A stretch of 64,000 bases of DNA. It comes from a virus. Lineage: Duplodnaviria > Caudoviricetes. Location of the stretch: IMG/VR virus record IMGVR_UViG_3300008116_000002; one strand, written 5' to 3'. Position numbers and translations under genes: made by a program. Positions 56,516 through 64,000 of the stretch are shown piece after piece; positions within the stretch are counted from its first letter, which is position 1, and every line of letters starts with the position of its first letter. The notes beneath the pieces are model-generated. The model was not told the origin of the DNA, searched no databases, and worked only from the letters and a program-made list of their open reading frames with translations.

Positions 56516-58096
56516 ATGAACACTAGTATATTAAGTATTTACGGGTCGCATGATGCATCCGCTACGTTTCTTGATAAAAATAATAAACTAAGAATTTTAG
56601 AATTAGAAAGATTCTCGGATATACGCTACGCAATGTTTAGTAAAAAATTTGATGATTGGCCTATCTGCGTAAAGGAAAAAGTCCGCGAGGATTTTCTCCT
56701 ACACATAAAATCAGAAATAAAAGAACAACCTACAACTATTATATTTGGTAGTTTAATAGATAAAGATTTGGAATTACTTAGAAAAATTTTTCCTACGTGT
56801 GAGAACTACGAACAATTTGATGCCCATCACCTATCTCATGCATATGGTTCCTATTTTCAATCTCCATTTAAGGATGCGTTAGTATTTACTGTTGACGGAG
56901 GTGGAAGTGATCTTGGGGCATATACCACTACTAAAGTATATGCCGCGAATGGTAATAATATTTTAGAAATTTTAAAACCTAACTTAGACTTTGGTAATAC
57001 GTATTCTTATATTGGAATACCTATTAGTGAAATTAGTCCTGGCAAGGATAACAATGACTTAGGAGTTTTTTTATCCTATGCAGGAAAAATAATGGGATTG
57101 TGCGCATATGGAAACATTAATGATAAATGGATTCCTGCGTTCGAAAGCTTTTATTTACACAGAGATATAAAAAGATTGGGTAGAGAAATAAATTTAGATT
57201 TAAGTTTAAATACTATTTCAGGACAACTTGGATATGATTTAGCGGCAACATCCCAGCATGTTTTTGAAAATCTTTTAATGGAGTTCATGCTAAATATTTT
57301 TTATCAAAATAAAAAGAATATTGTCATGACAGGAGGTTGTGCATTAAATGTTTTGTTCAATCAAAAGTTAAAAAAGATTTTAAATGCTGAAGGATATGAT
57401 TTATATGTACCTCCGAACCCTAATGATTGTGGACAATCATTAGGACAATATTTGTATAAGACAAAAGAGCATATTGAGCCGTTAGTCTATAGCGGCTTCG
57501 ATATACTTGATAGAGATAAGTTTGATTTATTTTTATCTAATGGTAAGTATTTTACCGAGGAATCTTCCCCGGAAAAAATAGTTAGTTTAATTAGTGAAGG
57601 AAAAATTGGAGGCATCATACAAGGATATTCCGAAGTTGGTCCCAGAGCTTTAGGAAATAGAAGTATTATCTGCGACCCATCTTTTAAGGATATGAAAGAT
57701 ATCCTAAATGCAAAAGTTAAGTTTAGAGAATGGTTTAGGCCATTTGCCCCGGTATGCAGAGAAGAGGATATGCATAAGTATTTTGATGATGCCTTTGCTT
57801 CACATTATATGAGCTATGCTCCTTTGGTTAAAAAGGAATACAGAGATAAACTTCCATCGATTACACACTATGATGGAACATCAAGATTACAAACTGTAAA
57901 TAGTAAACAGCATAAACTATTTTATGATATACTTTCTTGTATGCAAAATACTAAGAAAATACCAGTAATATTGAACACATCTTTTAATATTAAGGGAAGA
58001 CCTATACTAACTAAAATAGAAGACGCCTTTTATGTTTTAGATAATACTGAATTGGATTTTTTGGTGGTAGAAAATTTACTAGTATTTAAAAAATAA
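56516..58096 (+). CDS. carbamoyltransferase (NodU/CmcH family)
   Basis: HDASA, ELERF, HHLSHA, GKIMGLCAYG, GGCALNV, DCGQSLG, EVGPRALGNRSI, KFREWFRPFAP, LNTSFNIKGRP. Confidence 0.93.
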   Translation: MNTSILSIYGSHDASATFLDKNNKLRILELERFSDIRYAMFSKKFDDWPICVKEKVREDFLLHIKSEIKEQPTTIIFGSLIDKDLELLRKIFPTCENYEQFDAHHLSHAYGSYFQSPFKDALVFTVDGGGSDLGAYTTTKVYAANGNNILEILKPNLDFGNTYSYIGIPISEISPGKDNNDLGVFLSYAGKIMGLCAYGNINDKWIPAFESFYLHRDIKRLGREINLDLSLNTISGQLGYDLAATSQHVFENLLMEFMLNIFYQNKKNIVMTGGCALNVLFNQKLKKILNAEGYDLYVPPNPNDCGQSLGQYLYKTKEHIEPLVYSGFDILDRDKFDLFLSNGKYFTEESSPEKIVSLISEGKIGGIIQGYSEVGPRALGNRSIICDPSFKDMKDILNAKVKFREWFRPFAPVCREEDMHKYFDDAFASHYMSYAPLVKKEYRDKLPSITHYDGTSRLQTVNSKQHKLFYDILSCMQNTKKIPVILNTSFNIKGRPILTKIEDAFYVLDNTELDFLVVENLLVFKK

Positions 58097-58099
58097 ATT

Positions 58100-58915
58100 A
58101 TGAATGACTTCTTAAGCCATGTTCATTTTGCAAATTTAGCTGACTATGTTTTTGCAAGAAATATTTTTCCTGATACTCCCGGGGAAGGAATAATCACTGT
58201 AGGATTAAATACTAGTTTTAATATAAAGAGTGGGGATATTGTTTATTCCAAGTATGAATTTTTAGGCCCGTTACTAGAAATTTTATCTAGACAAAATTCT
58301 TTAACTGATCTAAAACTAATAAGTCATGAGAGCGATAGGGGAGTCACAAAAGAATTATTTGATCTTAAACCTACGTGTATAACTAAGTGGTATGCGCAAA
58401 ATGTAGAATATGAGCATAGGGATTTAATACCAATTCCTTTAGGATTATCTGCTAGTTATTATAGTAAAACCCATATGGTTTCTCCCCCCGAAAAAAAGTT
58501 TGACGGACCTAAAGAAACACTTCTTTATATAAACCATAGAATAGAAACTCATCCTACTTCTAGACAATGGATTTACGATCACTTTAAAAACGTAGATTGG
58601 TGTACTGTAGACTTACCAAATTTAAAAAAAGAAGAATATCTTAAAAGATTAGAAACTCATAAGTTTATTTTATGTCCAAGGGGAAATGGTGTCGATACTT
58701 GTAGATTGTGGGAATCTTTATATTATGGTATGATACCGATTGTTGAAGATCATTTAACATACAAAACTTTGGATGATTTGCCCGCAATAAGAGTCAAAAG
58801 TTTTAAGGACGTGAATAAAGATTTTCTTTTGAAAAAGGAAGAGGAATTTAAAAACAGAAAATTTAATTTGGATAAATTAAAGGCCTCGTGGTGGATAAAT
58901 TTAATTAGAAAGTAG
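58100..58915 (+). CDS. exostosin/GT47-like glycosyltransferase
   Basis: HKFILCPRGNGVDTCRLWESLYYGMIPIV. Confidence 0.75.
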   Translation: MNDFLSHVHFANLADYVFARNIFPDTPGEGIITVGLNTSFNIKSGDIVYSKYEFLGPLLEILSRQNSLTDLKLISHESDRGVTKELFDLKPTCITKWYAQNVEYEHRDLIPIPLGLSASYYSKTHMVSPPEKKFDGPKETLLYINHRIETHPTSRQWIYDHFKNVDWCTVDLPNLKKEEYLKRLETHKFILCPRGNGVDTCRLWESLYYGMIPIVEDHLTYKTLDDLPAIRVKSFKDVNKDFLLKKEEEFKNRKFNLDKLKASWWINLIRK

Positions 58916-58923
58916 AAAATGAA

Positions 58924-59580
58924 ATGCAAAATTTTACTATAGATTATAGCGGAAACTGGGATTCGGAGTATTCTAAAATTATAAAGAACTCTGTAAAAAA
59001 AGCTTTAGACAATGATACTAAATTGTCTAATGAAATTTTTCAGATGCCAGGATATTCGAATGTTTACAATAGGATTATTTTAAATACTATAGTTGAACAG
59101 ACTTCAGATGCAAGATATTTGGAAATAGGTTGTTGGCAAGGATCGACAACATGTTCTGCAATTTACAAAAATACAGTTAAAGTTGTTTGTATAGATAATT
59201 TTTCTGAACCAGATCTTGGTATCGCAACTGAAAAAATTTTAATTGAGAACTTAGAAAAATATAAGAATGAAAATGCTTATTATCAATTTATAAATTCTGA
59301 TTTTAGAAATGTGGATTATACAACCTTAGAAAAACATAACATCTATCTGTATGATGGCGCACATGAAAAAACAGATCACTATGATTCCTTAGTTTATCCG
59401 TTAGCTGCATTAGAAGACACATTCATTCTTATTGTTGATGATTGGAATTGGAGTCATGTTAGAGAGGGAACTTTAGATTCTATATCTGATAATAAACTTA
59501 ATATAGTGTCTGATATTCGAGTTATATCAGACACCATAAAATGGAACAACGGTTATTATATGGCAGTTATTCAAAAATAA
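58924..59580 (+). CDS. class I SAM methyltransferase (Methyltransf_24-like)
   Basis: [34 protein letters not shown]. Confidence 0.8.
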   Translation: MQNFTIDYSGNWDSEYSKIIKNSVKKALDNDTKLSNEIFQMPGYSNVYNRIILNTIVEQTSDARYLEIGCWQGSTTCSAIYKNTVKVVCIDNFSEPDLGIATEKILIENLEKYKNENAYYQFINSDFRNVDYTTLEKHNIYLYDGAHEKTDHYDSLVYPLAALEDTFILIVDDWNWSHVREGTLDSISDNKLNIVSDIRVISDTIKWNNGYYMAVIQK

Positions 59581-59581
59581 T

Positions 59582-60526
59582 ATGAAAAAAATATTAGTGA
59601 CAGGTGGTGCAGGATTTTTAGGTTCGCATTTATGCGAAAAACTTTTAAATCAAGGACATCATGTTTTATGTGTGGACAATTATTTTACCGGCTCTAGAAA
59701 AAACATTGAACATCTGTTAGATTTTAAAAATTTTGAAATTATTAGACAAGATATTTGTTTTCCGCTGTACGTAGAGGTTGATGAGATTTATAATTTGGCT
59801 TGCCCTGCTAGCCCACCTCTTTATCAAACAGATCCAATACAAACTCTAAAAACTAGTGTGTTGGGAGCTTATAATTTATTAGGATTAGCTAAAAGAACTA
59901 AAGCTAAAATATTACAAGCTAGTACAAGTGAAATTTATGGTGACCCCAAGGTTCATCCTCAAGACGAAGAATATTGGGGAAATGTTAATCCAATAGGCAT
60001 TCGCAGTTGTTATGACGAGGGAAAGCGCGCTGCAGAAACTCTTTTTATGGACTATCACAGAATACATAATGTTAAAGTGAAAATTATAAGAATATTTAAT
60101 ACGTATGGTCCAAGAATGGCAGAGAATGACGGTAGAGTAGTTAGTAATTTTATTGTTCAAGCGCTACGTGGTCAGGATATTACCATATATGGAAAGGGAA
60201 ATCAAACCAGAAGTTTTTGTTACGTAGATGATTTGCTAGAAGGTATGATGCTAACTATGGAAAAAACCAAAGCAGATTTTGTCGGTCCCCTAAACTTAGG
60301 AAATCCAAATGAGATATCAATACTAGATCTAAGTAAAAAGATTATAGAATTAACTAATTCTAAAAGTAAAATAGTTTTTAAACCTTTGCCTTTAGATGAT
60401 CCAAGACAAAGGCAACCAAATATAGACAAAGCAAAAGAAGTTTTGGATTGGAAACCCCACACTAAAATAGAAGATGGTTTATTGAAAACAATACAGTACT
60501 TTAAAAATATTGAGAGGAAGATATAA
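59582..60526 (+). CDS. UDP-glucuronate decarboxylase (UDP-xylose synthase)
   Basis: [62 protein letters not shown]. Confidence 0.92.
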   Translation: MKKILVTGGAGFLGSHLCEKLLNQGHHVLCVDNYFTGSRKNIEHLLDFKNFEIIRQDICFPLYVEVDEIYNLACPASPPLYQTDPIQTLKTSVLGAYNLLGLAKRTKAKILQASTSEIYGDPKVHPQDEEYWGNVNPIGIRSCYDEGKRAAETLFMDYHRIHNVKVKIIRIFNTYGPRMAENDGRVVSNFIVQALRGQDITIYGKGNQTRSFCYVDDLLEGMMLTMEKTKADFVGPLNLGNPNEISILDLSKKIIELTNSKSKIVFKPLPLDDPRQRQPNIDKAKEVLDWKPHTKIEDGLLKTIQYFKNIERKI

Positions 60527-60527
60527 A

Positions 60528-60806
60528 ATGATAGAATATAAGTATAATGAGGGTGAGCTATTAAAACAATTTAAAGAATATATCGATGCAACTTATAATC
60601 AACACTATTCTATGAATAGGTATCAGGCTACCGAATTTATTATTGATAATGGACATGGTGTAGGATTTACCGCAGGCAATGTCATGAAATATGTTCAAAG
60701 ATACGGAAAGAAAGCCGGAAGGAATAGACAAGACTTGCTAAAGGTGTTACACTATGCATTAATGCTGTTGTATGTGCATGACATTGAAACTAAGGAGACT
60801 AAATAA
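60528..60806 (+). CDS. conserved hypothetical protein preceding gp45 (DUF3310-like)
   Basis: YKYNEGELL...YIDATYNQHY...GNVMKYVQRYGKK...DLLKVLHYA; ATG at 60528. Confidence 0.6.
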   Translation: MIEYKYNEGELLKQFKEYIDATYNQHYSMNRYQATEFIIDNGHGVGFTAGNVMKYVQRYGKKAGRNRQDLLKVLHYALMLLYVHDIETKETK

Positions 60807-61462
60807 TGCAGATTAGTAATGATACAATTCAAGTTCTAAAGAACTTTGCTACTATTAATTCGAATCTTATGATTCGAAAAGGTAAACGTTTGGCAACAAT
60901 TAGTACAGCAAAAAACATTTTTGCTAAAGCGGAAGTTGCTGAAGAGTTCCCTGTAGAGCTTGCAATCTATGATTTGAATTCCCTTCTTGCTCTATTGACA
61001 TTGATGGAAAATCAAAATGTAGAATTCGGTGAAAAGAGCCTAACCATTTCTAAAGACAATGGTAAGTTTGAATATTTCTATGCATCGCAAAATGTGATTG
61101 TAGCTGCCCCTGAAAAGGATATTGAACTTGATACACATTATCAGTTTAAGCTTACCTCAGAAGATGTGAACATGATTATGAAAGCGGCTGCTATTACAGG
61201 CGCGCCGACTATTTCTATTGTTAGTAAAAATGGTACAGTTAATCTAACAGTAGGTGATCGTAAGAATGATACGGCAAATAATTATAAGAAAACGATTGGC
61301 TCAAGTGAAGAAACTTTCGATTGCCACATGGCAGTAGAAAACTTTAAGGTCATCCCTGATGCATATAATGTAATTATTTCTAAGAAGAAAGCATTCTTAT
61401 TCAAGAGTGAAACTAAATCTACTGAGTATTTTATTGCAATGGAAACCGATTCTGTAGTTTAA
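60806..61462 (+). CDS. gp45: sliding clamp gp45
   Basis: TIQVLKNFATINSNL...AIYDLNSLL...ENFKVIPDAYNV.IS...YFIAME. Confidence 0.93.
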   Translation: MQISNDTIQVLKNFATINSNLMIRKGKRLATISTAKNIFAKAEVAEEFPVELAIYDLNSLLALLTLMENQNVEFGEKSLTISKDNGKFEYFYASQNVIVAAPEKDIELDTHYQFKLTSEDVNMIMKAAAITGAPTISIVSKNGTVNLTVGDRKNDTANNYKKTIGSSEETFDCHMAVENFKVIPDAYNVIISKKKAFLFKSETKSTEYFIAMETDSVV

Positions 61463-61488
61463 TAGTTATATAATATTATGGAGTTGTC

Positions 61489-62430
61489 ATGGAATATCGT
61501 GAAGATGAATTTCTCTGGGTTGAAAAGTTTCGTCCCAGAAAATTAGATGATTGTATTCTCCCACCTAGCCAGAAGAAAGTTTTTCAGGAAATGCTGGCAA
61601 AGGGGGAGATACAAAATATGCTTTTGTGTGGCGGAGCTGGCATGGGCAAGACTACTGTTGCAAGAGCATTGTGTGAAGAACTACAAACTGATTACATTGT
61701 CATTAATGGTTCGGAAGAATCTGGTATTGATGTTCTTCGTACAAAAATTAAACAGTTTGCGTCGGCGGTTTCTTTTAGCGGCAAGCCAAAGGTTGTAATT
61801 TTAGATGAGGCAGACTATCTAAATCCAAATTCTACACAACCTGCTCTTAGAGCTTTTATTGAAGAATTTTCTTCAAATTGCAGATTTATTCTTACTTGTA
61901 ACTTTAAGAATAGAATCATTCCTCCCCTACATTCGAGAACTGCGGTTATTGAATTTAAATTACCTAAGACAGAAAAACCTAAAATTGCTGCAGCATTTTT
62001 TAAACGAGTAAATGAAATACTTGAGATTGAAAAGGTAGAAGCAGATGGAAAGGTAATTGCAAAGGTAATTGAAAAGCATTTCCCTGATTATCGCAGAATT
62101 TTAAATGAACTTCAGAGATACAGCGGTTCAGGTAAAATCGATGAGGGCATCTTTACTAGTCTAGGTGAAAGCAATATGCAAGAGCTTATTGCAACACTAA
62201 AGGATAAAGACTGGAAGAAGATGCGAACCTGGGTGGTCAATAATATTGATAATGACCCACAGACAATTTTTAGAAAAATGTATGATACTTTATGCGATGA
62301 AGTAGTTCAGATTCCTCAATTAGTATTATTACTTGCCGACTATCAGTATAAGTCTGCTTTCTGTGCAGACCAAGAAATCAATCTTGTTGCTTGCCTTACA
62401 GAAATTATGGCAGCAGTGGAGTTTAAATGA
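61489..62430 (+). CDS. gp44: clamp loader large subunit gp44
   Basis: LWVEKFRP, GGAGMGKTT, INGSEE, ILDEADYL, FILTCN, FPDYRRILNELQRY. Confidence 0.96.
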   Translation: MEYREDEFLWVEKFRPRKLDDCILPPSQKKVFQEMLAKGEIQNMLLCGGAGMGKTTVARALCEELQTDYIVINGSEESGIDVLRTKIKQFASAVSFSGKPKVVILDEADYLNPNSTQPALRAFIEEFSSNCRFILTCNFKNRIIPPLHSRTAVIEFKLPKTEKPKIAAAFFKRVNEILEIEKVEADGKVIAKVIEKHFPDYRRILNELQRYSGSGKIDEGIFTSLGESNMQELIATLKDKDWKKMRTWVVNNIDNDPQTIFRKMYDTLCDEVVQIPQLVLLLADYQYKSAFCADQEINLVACLTEIMAAVEFK

Positions 62431-63428
62431 ATAAAATATTAGTAACCGGCGGTGCGGGATTTATTGCACATCATATCATAGAAGATCTATTAGTAAATAC
62501 TAACTGTAAAATTGTTACTGTAGATAGTTTAGATTTTTCTGGTAATCTAAATCGTTTATCTGATATGCTAAAGAATAGACAAGATTTGTCTAATAGAATT
62601 GAATATCTGTATCACGATATACGAGCAGAAATTAATCCTACTTTGGCCAAACAAATAGGGGATGTTGATTATATACTGCACCTCGCAGCGGGCAGTCATG
62701 TTGATAGAAGTATTAAAGATCCTCTAAGTTTCGTTTATACGAATGTAGTTGGAACTTGTAATATTCTTAACTTTGCGAGAACTCAAAAAAATCTAAAAAG
62801 ATTTTTATATTTTAGCACAGATGAAATTTTTGGCCCAGCACTAAAAGACACAAATTTTTCAGAATATTCTAGATACAATTCTAGCAATCCTTATAGTGCA
62901 ACTAAGGCGGGCGGGGAAGAACTTGCGGTAGCATTTCATAACACTTATAATATGCCAGTGTATATTACGCATTGTATGAATGTATTTGGTGAGAGGCAGC
63001 AAGCAGGCGCATTTATTCCGTTATGCATAAGAAAAATATTAAACAACGAAAAACTTACTATACATTCAGATGTAACTTTAACTAAATCTCCAATTAGGCA
63101 TTACATATATGTAAAAGAGGTTGCGAGTGCTATTAGATTTCTTTTAGAAAACAATTTTACCAGTAATGATAGTTTAATAAAGGTTCCGAAGTTTAATATT
63201 ACGGGCAGAGACGAAATTCAAATACTTGAATTGTCTAAAACCATTGCTAAATTATTAAATAAAGAATTGCAGTATGAAATGACTTATACCCAAAGACCAG
63301 GTGGAGATATGGGATATTCTTTATCAGGCAATCTTTTAAAATCTCTTGGGTGGGAAGCCAAAAGTAATTTTTCAGATCATATTGAAAAAGTTGTAAATTG
63401 GTATGTGGATAATAAAGCCTGGCTATGA
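62427..63428 (+). CDS. rfbB: dTDP-glucose 4,6-dehydratase-like SDR
   Basis: [48 protein letters not shown]. Confidence 0.85.
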   Translation: MNKILVTGGAGFIAHHIIEDLLVNTNCKIVTVDSLDFSGNLNRLSDMLKNRQDLSNRIEYLYHDIRAEINPTLAKQIGDVDYILHLAAGSHVDRSIKDPLSFVYTNVVGTCNILNFARTQKNLKRFLYFSTDEIFGPALKDTNFSEYSRYNSSNPYSATKAGGEELAVAFHNTYNMPVYITHCMNVFGERQQAGAFIPLCIRKILNNEKLTIHSDVTLTKSPIRHYIYVKEVASAIRFLLENNFTSNDSLIKVPKFNITGRDEIQILELSKTIAKLLNKELQYEMTYTQRPGGDMGYSLSGNLLKSLGWEAKSNFSDHIEKVVNWYVDNKAWL

Positions 63429-63628
63429 GAAAGAAAACTATGAATGATTTCGAAGTACATGAACTTGGAACAACGAAAGAAATTCAATTAAGCAGAGCAC
63501 TTGCTCGTGCTATTCATGATAATGAAGATCGTATTCGTTCCTATAATGTTATGCCAGTTGATGTTTGGAACGCTTATGTCGCACTTAGAAAACATTACGA
63601 CTGGCAAATTGAAAATGAAAAAATGTGA
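63425..63628 (+). CDS. hypothetical protein
   Basis: 67 aa, ATGA overlap with the upstream gene. Confidence 0.5.
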   Translation: MRKKTMNDFEVHELGTTKEIQLSRALARAIHDNEDRIRSYNVMPVDVWNAYVALRKHYDWQIENEKM

Positions 63629-63645
63629 ACGAGATAGTATATTAC

Positions 63646-63653
63646 TATAAATA
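63646..63653 (+). promoter_or_regulatory. T4-type late promoter motif
   Basis: Exact TATAAATA in the intergenic gap, 5 nt before the next ATG. Confidence 0.55.
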
Positions 63654-63658
63654 CTGAT

Positions 63659-63892
63659 ATGATTGAGACTCCGTTCCCCTTTCCTATAAGTTCTACTCAA
63701 GATGTCTATAGAACAAGAGCTGTGCCTGCATCTGACGGTACTCACATAAGACACACCGTTATTACTGAAACTAGTTATCCTGAAGGTAACAGTACTAGAA
63801 AAGTTGAGACTTATTCCGTTACAGTATACGATGCTACAGGTAGATTAAATTCTTATCTGTTTGGTTATGATAATGTGAACAGATTAGTATAG
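63659..63892 (+). CDS. hypothetical protein
   Basis: 77 aa ORF filling the gap before gp62; no obvious SD. Confidence 0.4.
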   Translation: MIETPFPFPISSTQDVYRTRAVPASDGTHIRHTVITETSYPEGNSTRKVETYSVTVYDATGRLNSYLFGYDNVNRLV

Positions 63893-63902
63893 TGAGAATA
63901 TT

Positions 63903-64000
63903 ATGAGTTTATTTGGTGAACCGACAGCGCCCGTTGTCGAAGAAACATACAAGTCCCCAGCAATTACCCCGTTTGAGTTTATCAACGCTATTCATCATAG
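63903..64000 (+). CDS. gp62: clamp loader small subunit gp62, 3'-truncated by the window end
   Basis: MSLFGEPTAPVVEETYKSPAITPFEFINAIHH resembles the gp62 N-terminal (S/T)PF(D/E)FINAI motif; expected position after gp44. Confidence 0.65.
   Translation, partial: MSLFGEPTAPVVEETYKSPAITPFEFINAIHH

Noticed and set aside
61467-61472. TATAAT upstream of gp44 (also TATAAT before gmd at 47791)
   Set aside because: No -35 at proper spacing; both overlap translation-initiation regions in AT-rich DNA
478-63754. The many minus-strand ORFs and short alternative-frame plus-strand ORFs in the track (e.g. 14639-15205, 16865-17221, 41341-41784, 20822-21055)
   Set aside because: All lie wholly inside well-supported plus-strand genes, have no recognisable motifs or SDs, and look like shadow frames
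1-64000. tRNA genes, rRNA, CRISPR arrays, integrase/transposase, homing endonucleases
   Set aside because: No cloverleaf, repeat-spacer array or mobile-element motif seen by eye; intergenic gaps are too short. A tRNAscan run would be the formal check.

Overview
64 kb of an AT-rich T4-like (Tevenvirales-type) myovirus genome, with essentially all real coding on the + strand. It is probably an environmental phage of a Gram-negative host; no host can be assigned from this window. Gene order: baseplate/tail-fibre accessory genes (1-10191); the conserved morphogenesis block gp13-14-15-16-17-18-19-20-67-(751 aa core polyprotein)-68-like-21-22-23-3; uvsY/uvsW/gp55; a 7-deazaguanine DNA-modification cluster mixed with glycosyltransferases (30154-39221); gp47/gp46; a VWA + MoxR/CobS pair; a ~13.5 kb soluble glycan-biosynthesis island (46965-60526); then gp45, gp44, an inserted rmlB-like gene and the start of gp62. 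Best leads: (1) the DpdA-like transglycosylase and the GT-B glycosyltransferase just upstream both end in a T4 sliding-clamp-binding-like motif (SLEELF / SLESLF, compare gp55 SMDFL here), suggesting clamp-tethered 7-deazaguanine insertion plus DNA glycosylation; (2) a variant preQ1-I-like riboswitch fold directly upstream of queD; (3) a prohead-core polyprotein of about a dozen small modules separated by gp21-type cleavage motifs; (4) a MoxR ATPase ending in an SSB-like NFDDDIPF tail; (5) a glycan island with no obvious membrane components (GDP-fucose/colitose, UDP-xylose, GT10/GT11/GT47-like, carbamoyl- and methyltransferases); (6) an antisense sigma70-type promoter inside the late region. 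All functional calls come from motif recognition by eye; no database searches or folding programs were run.
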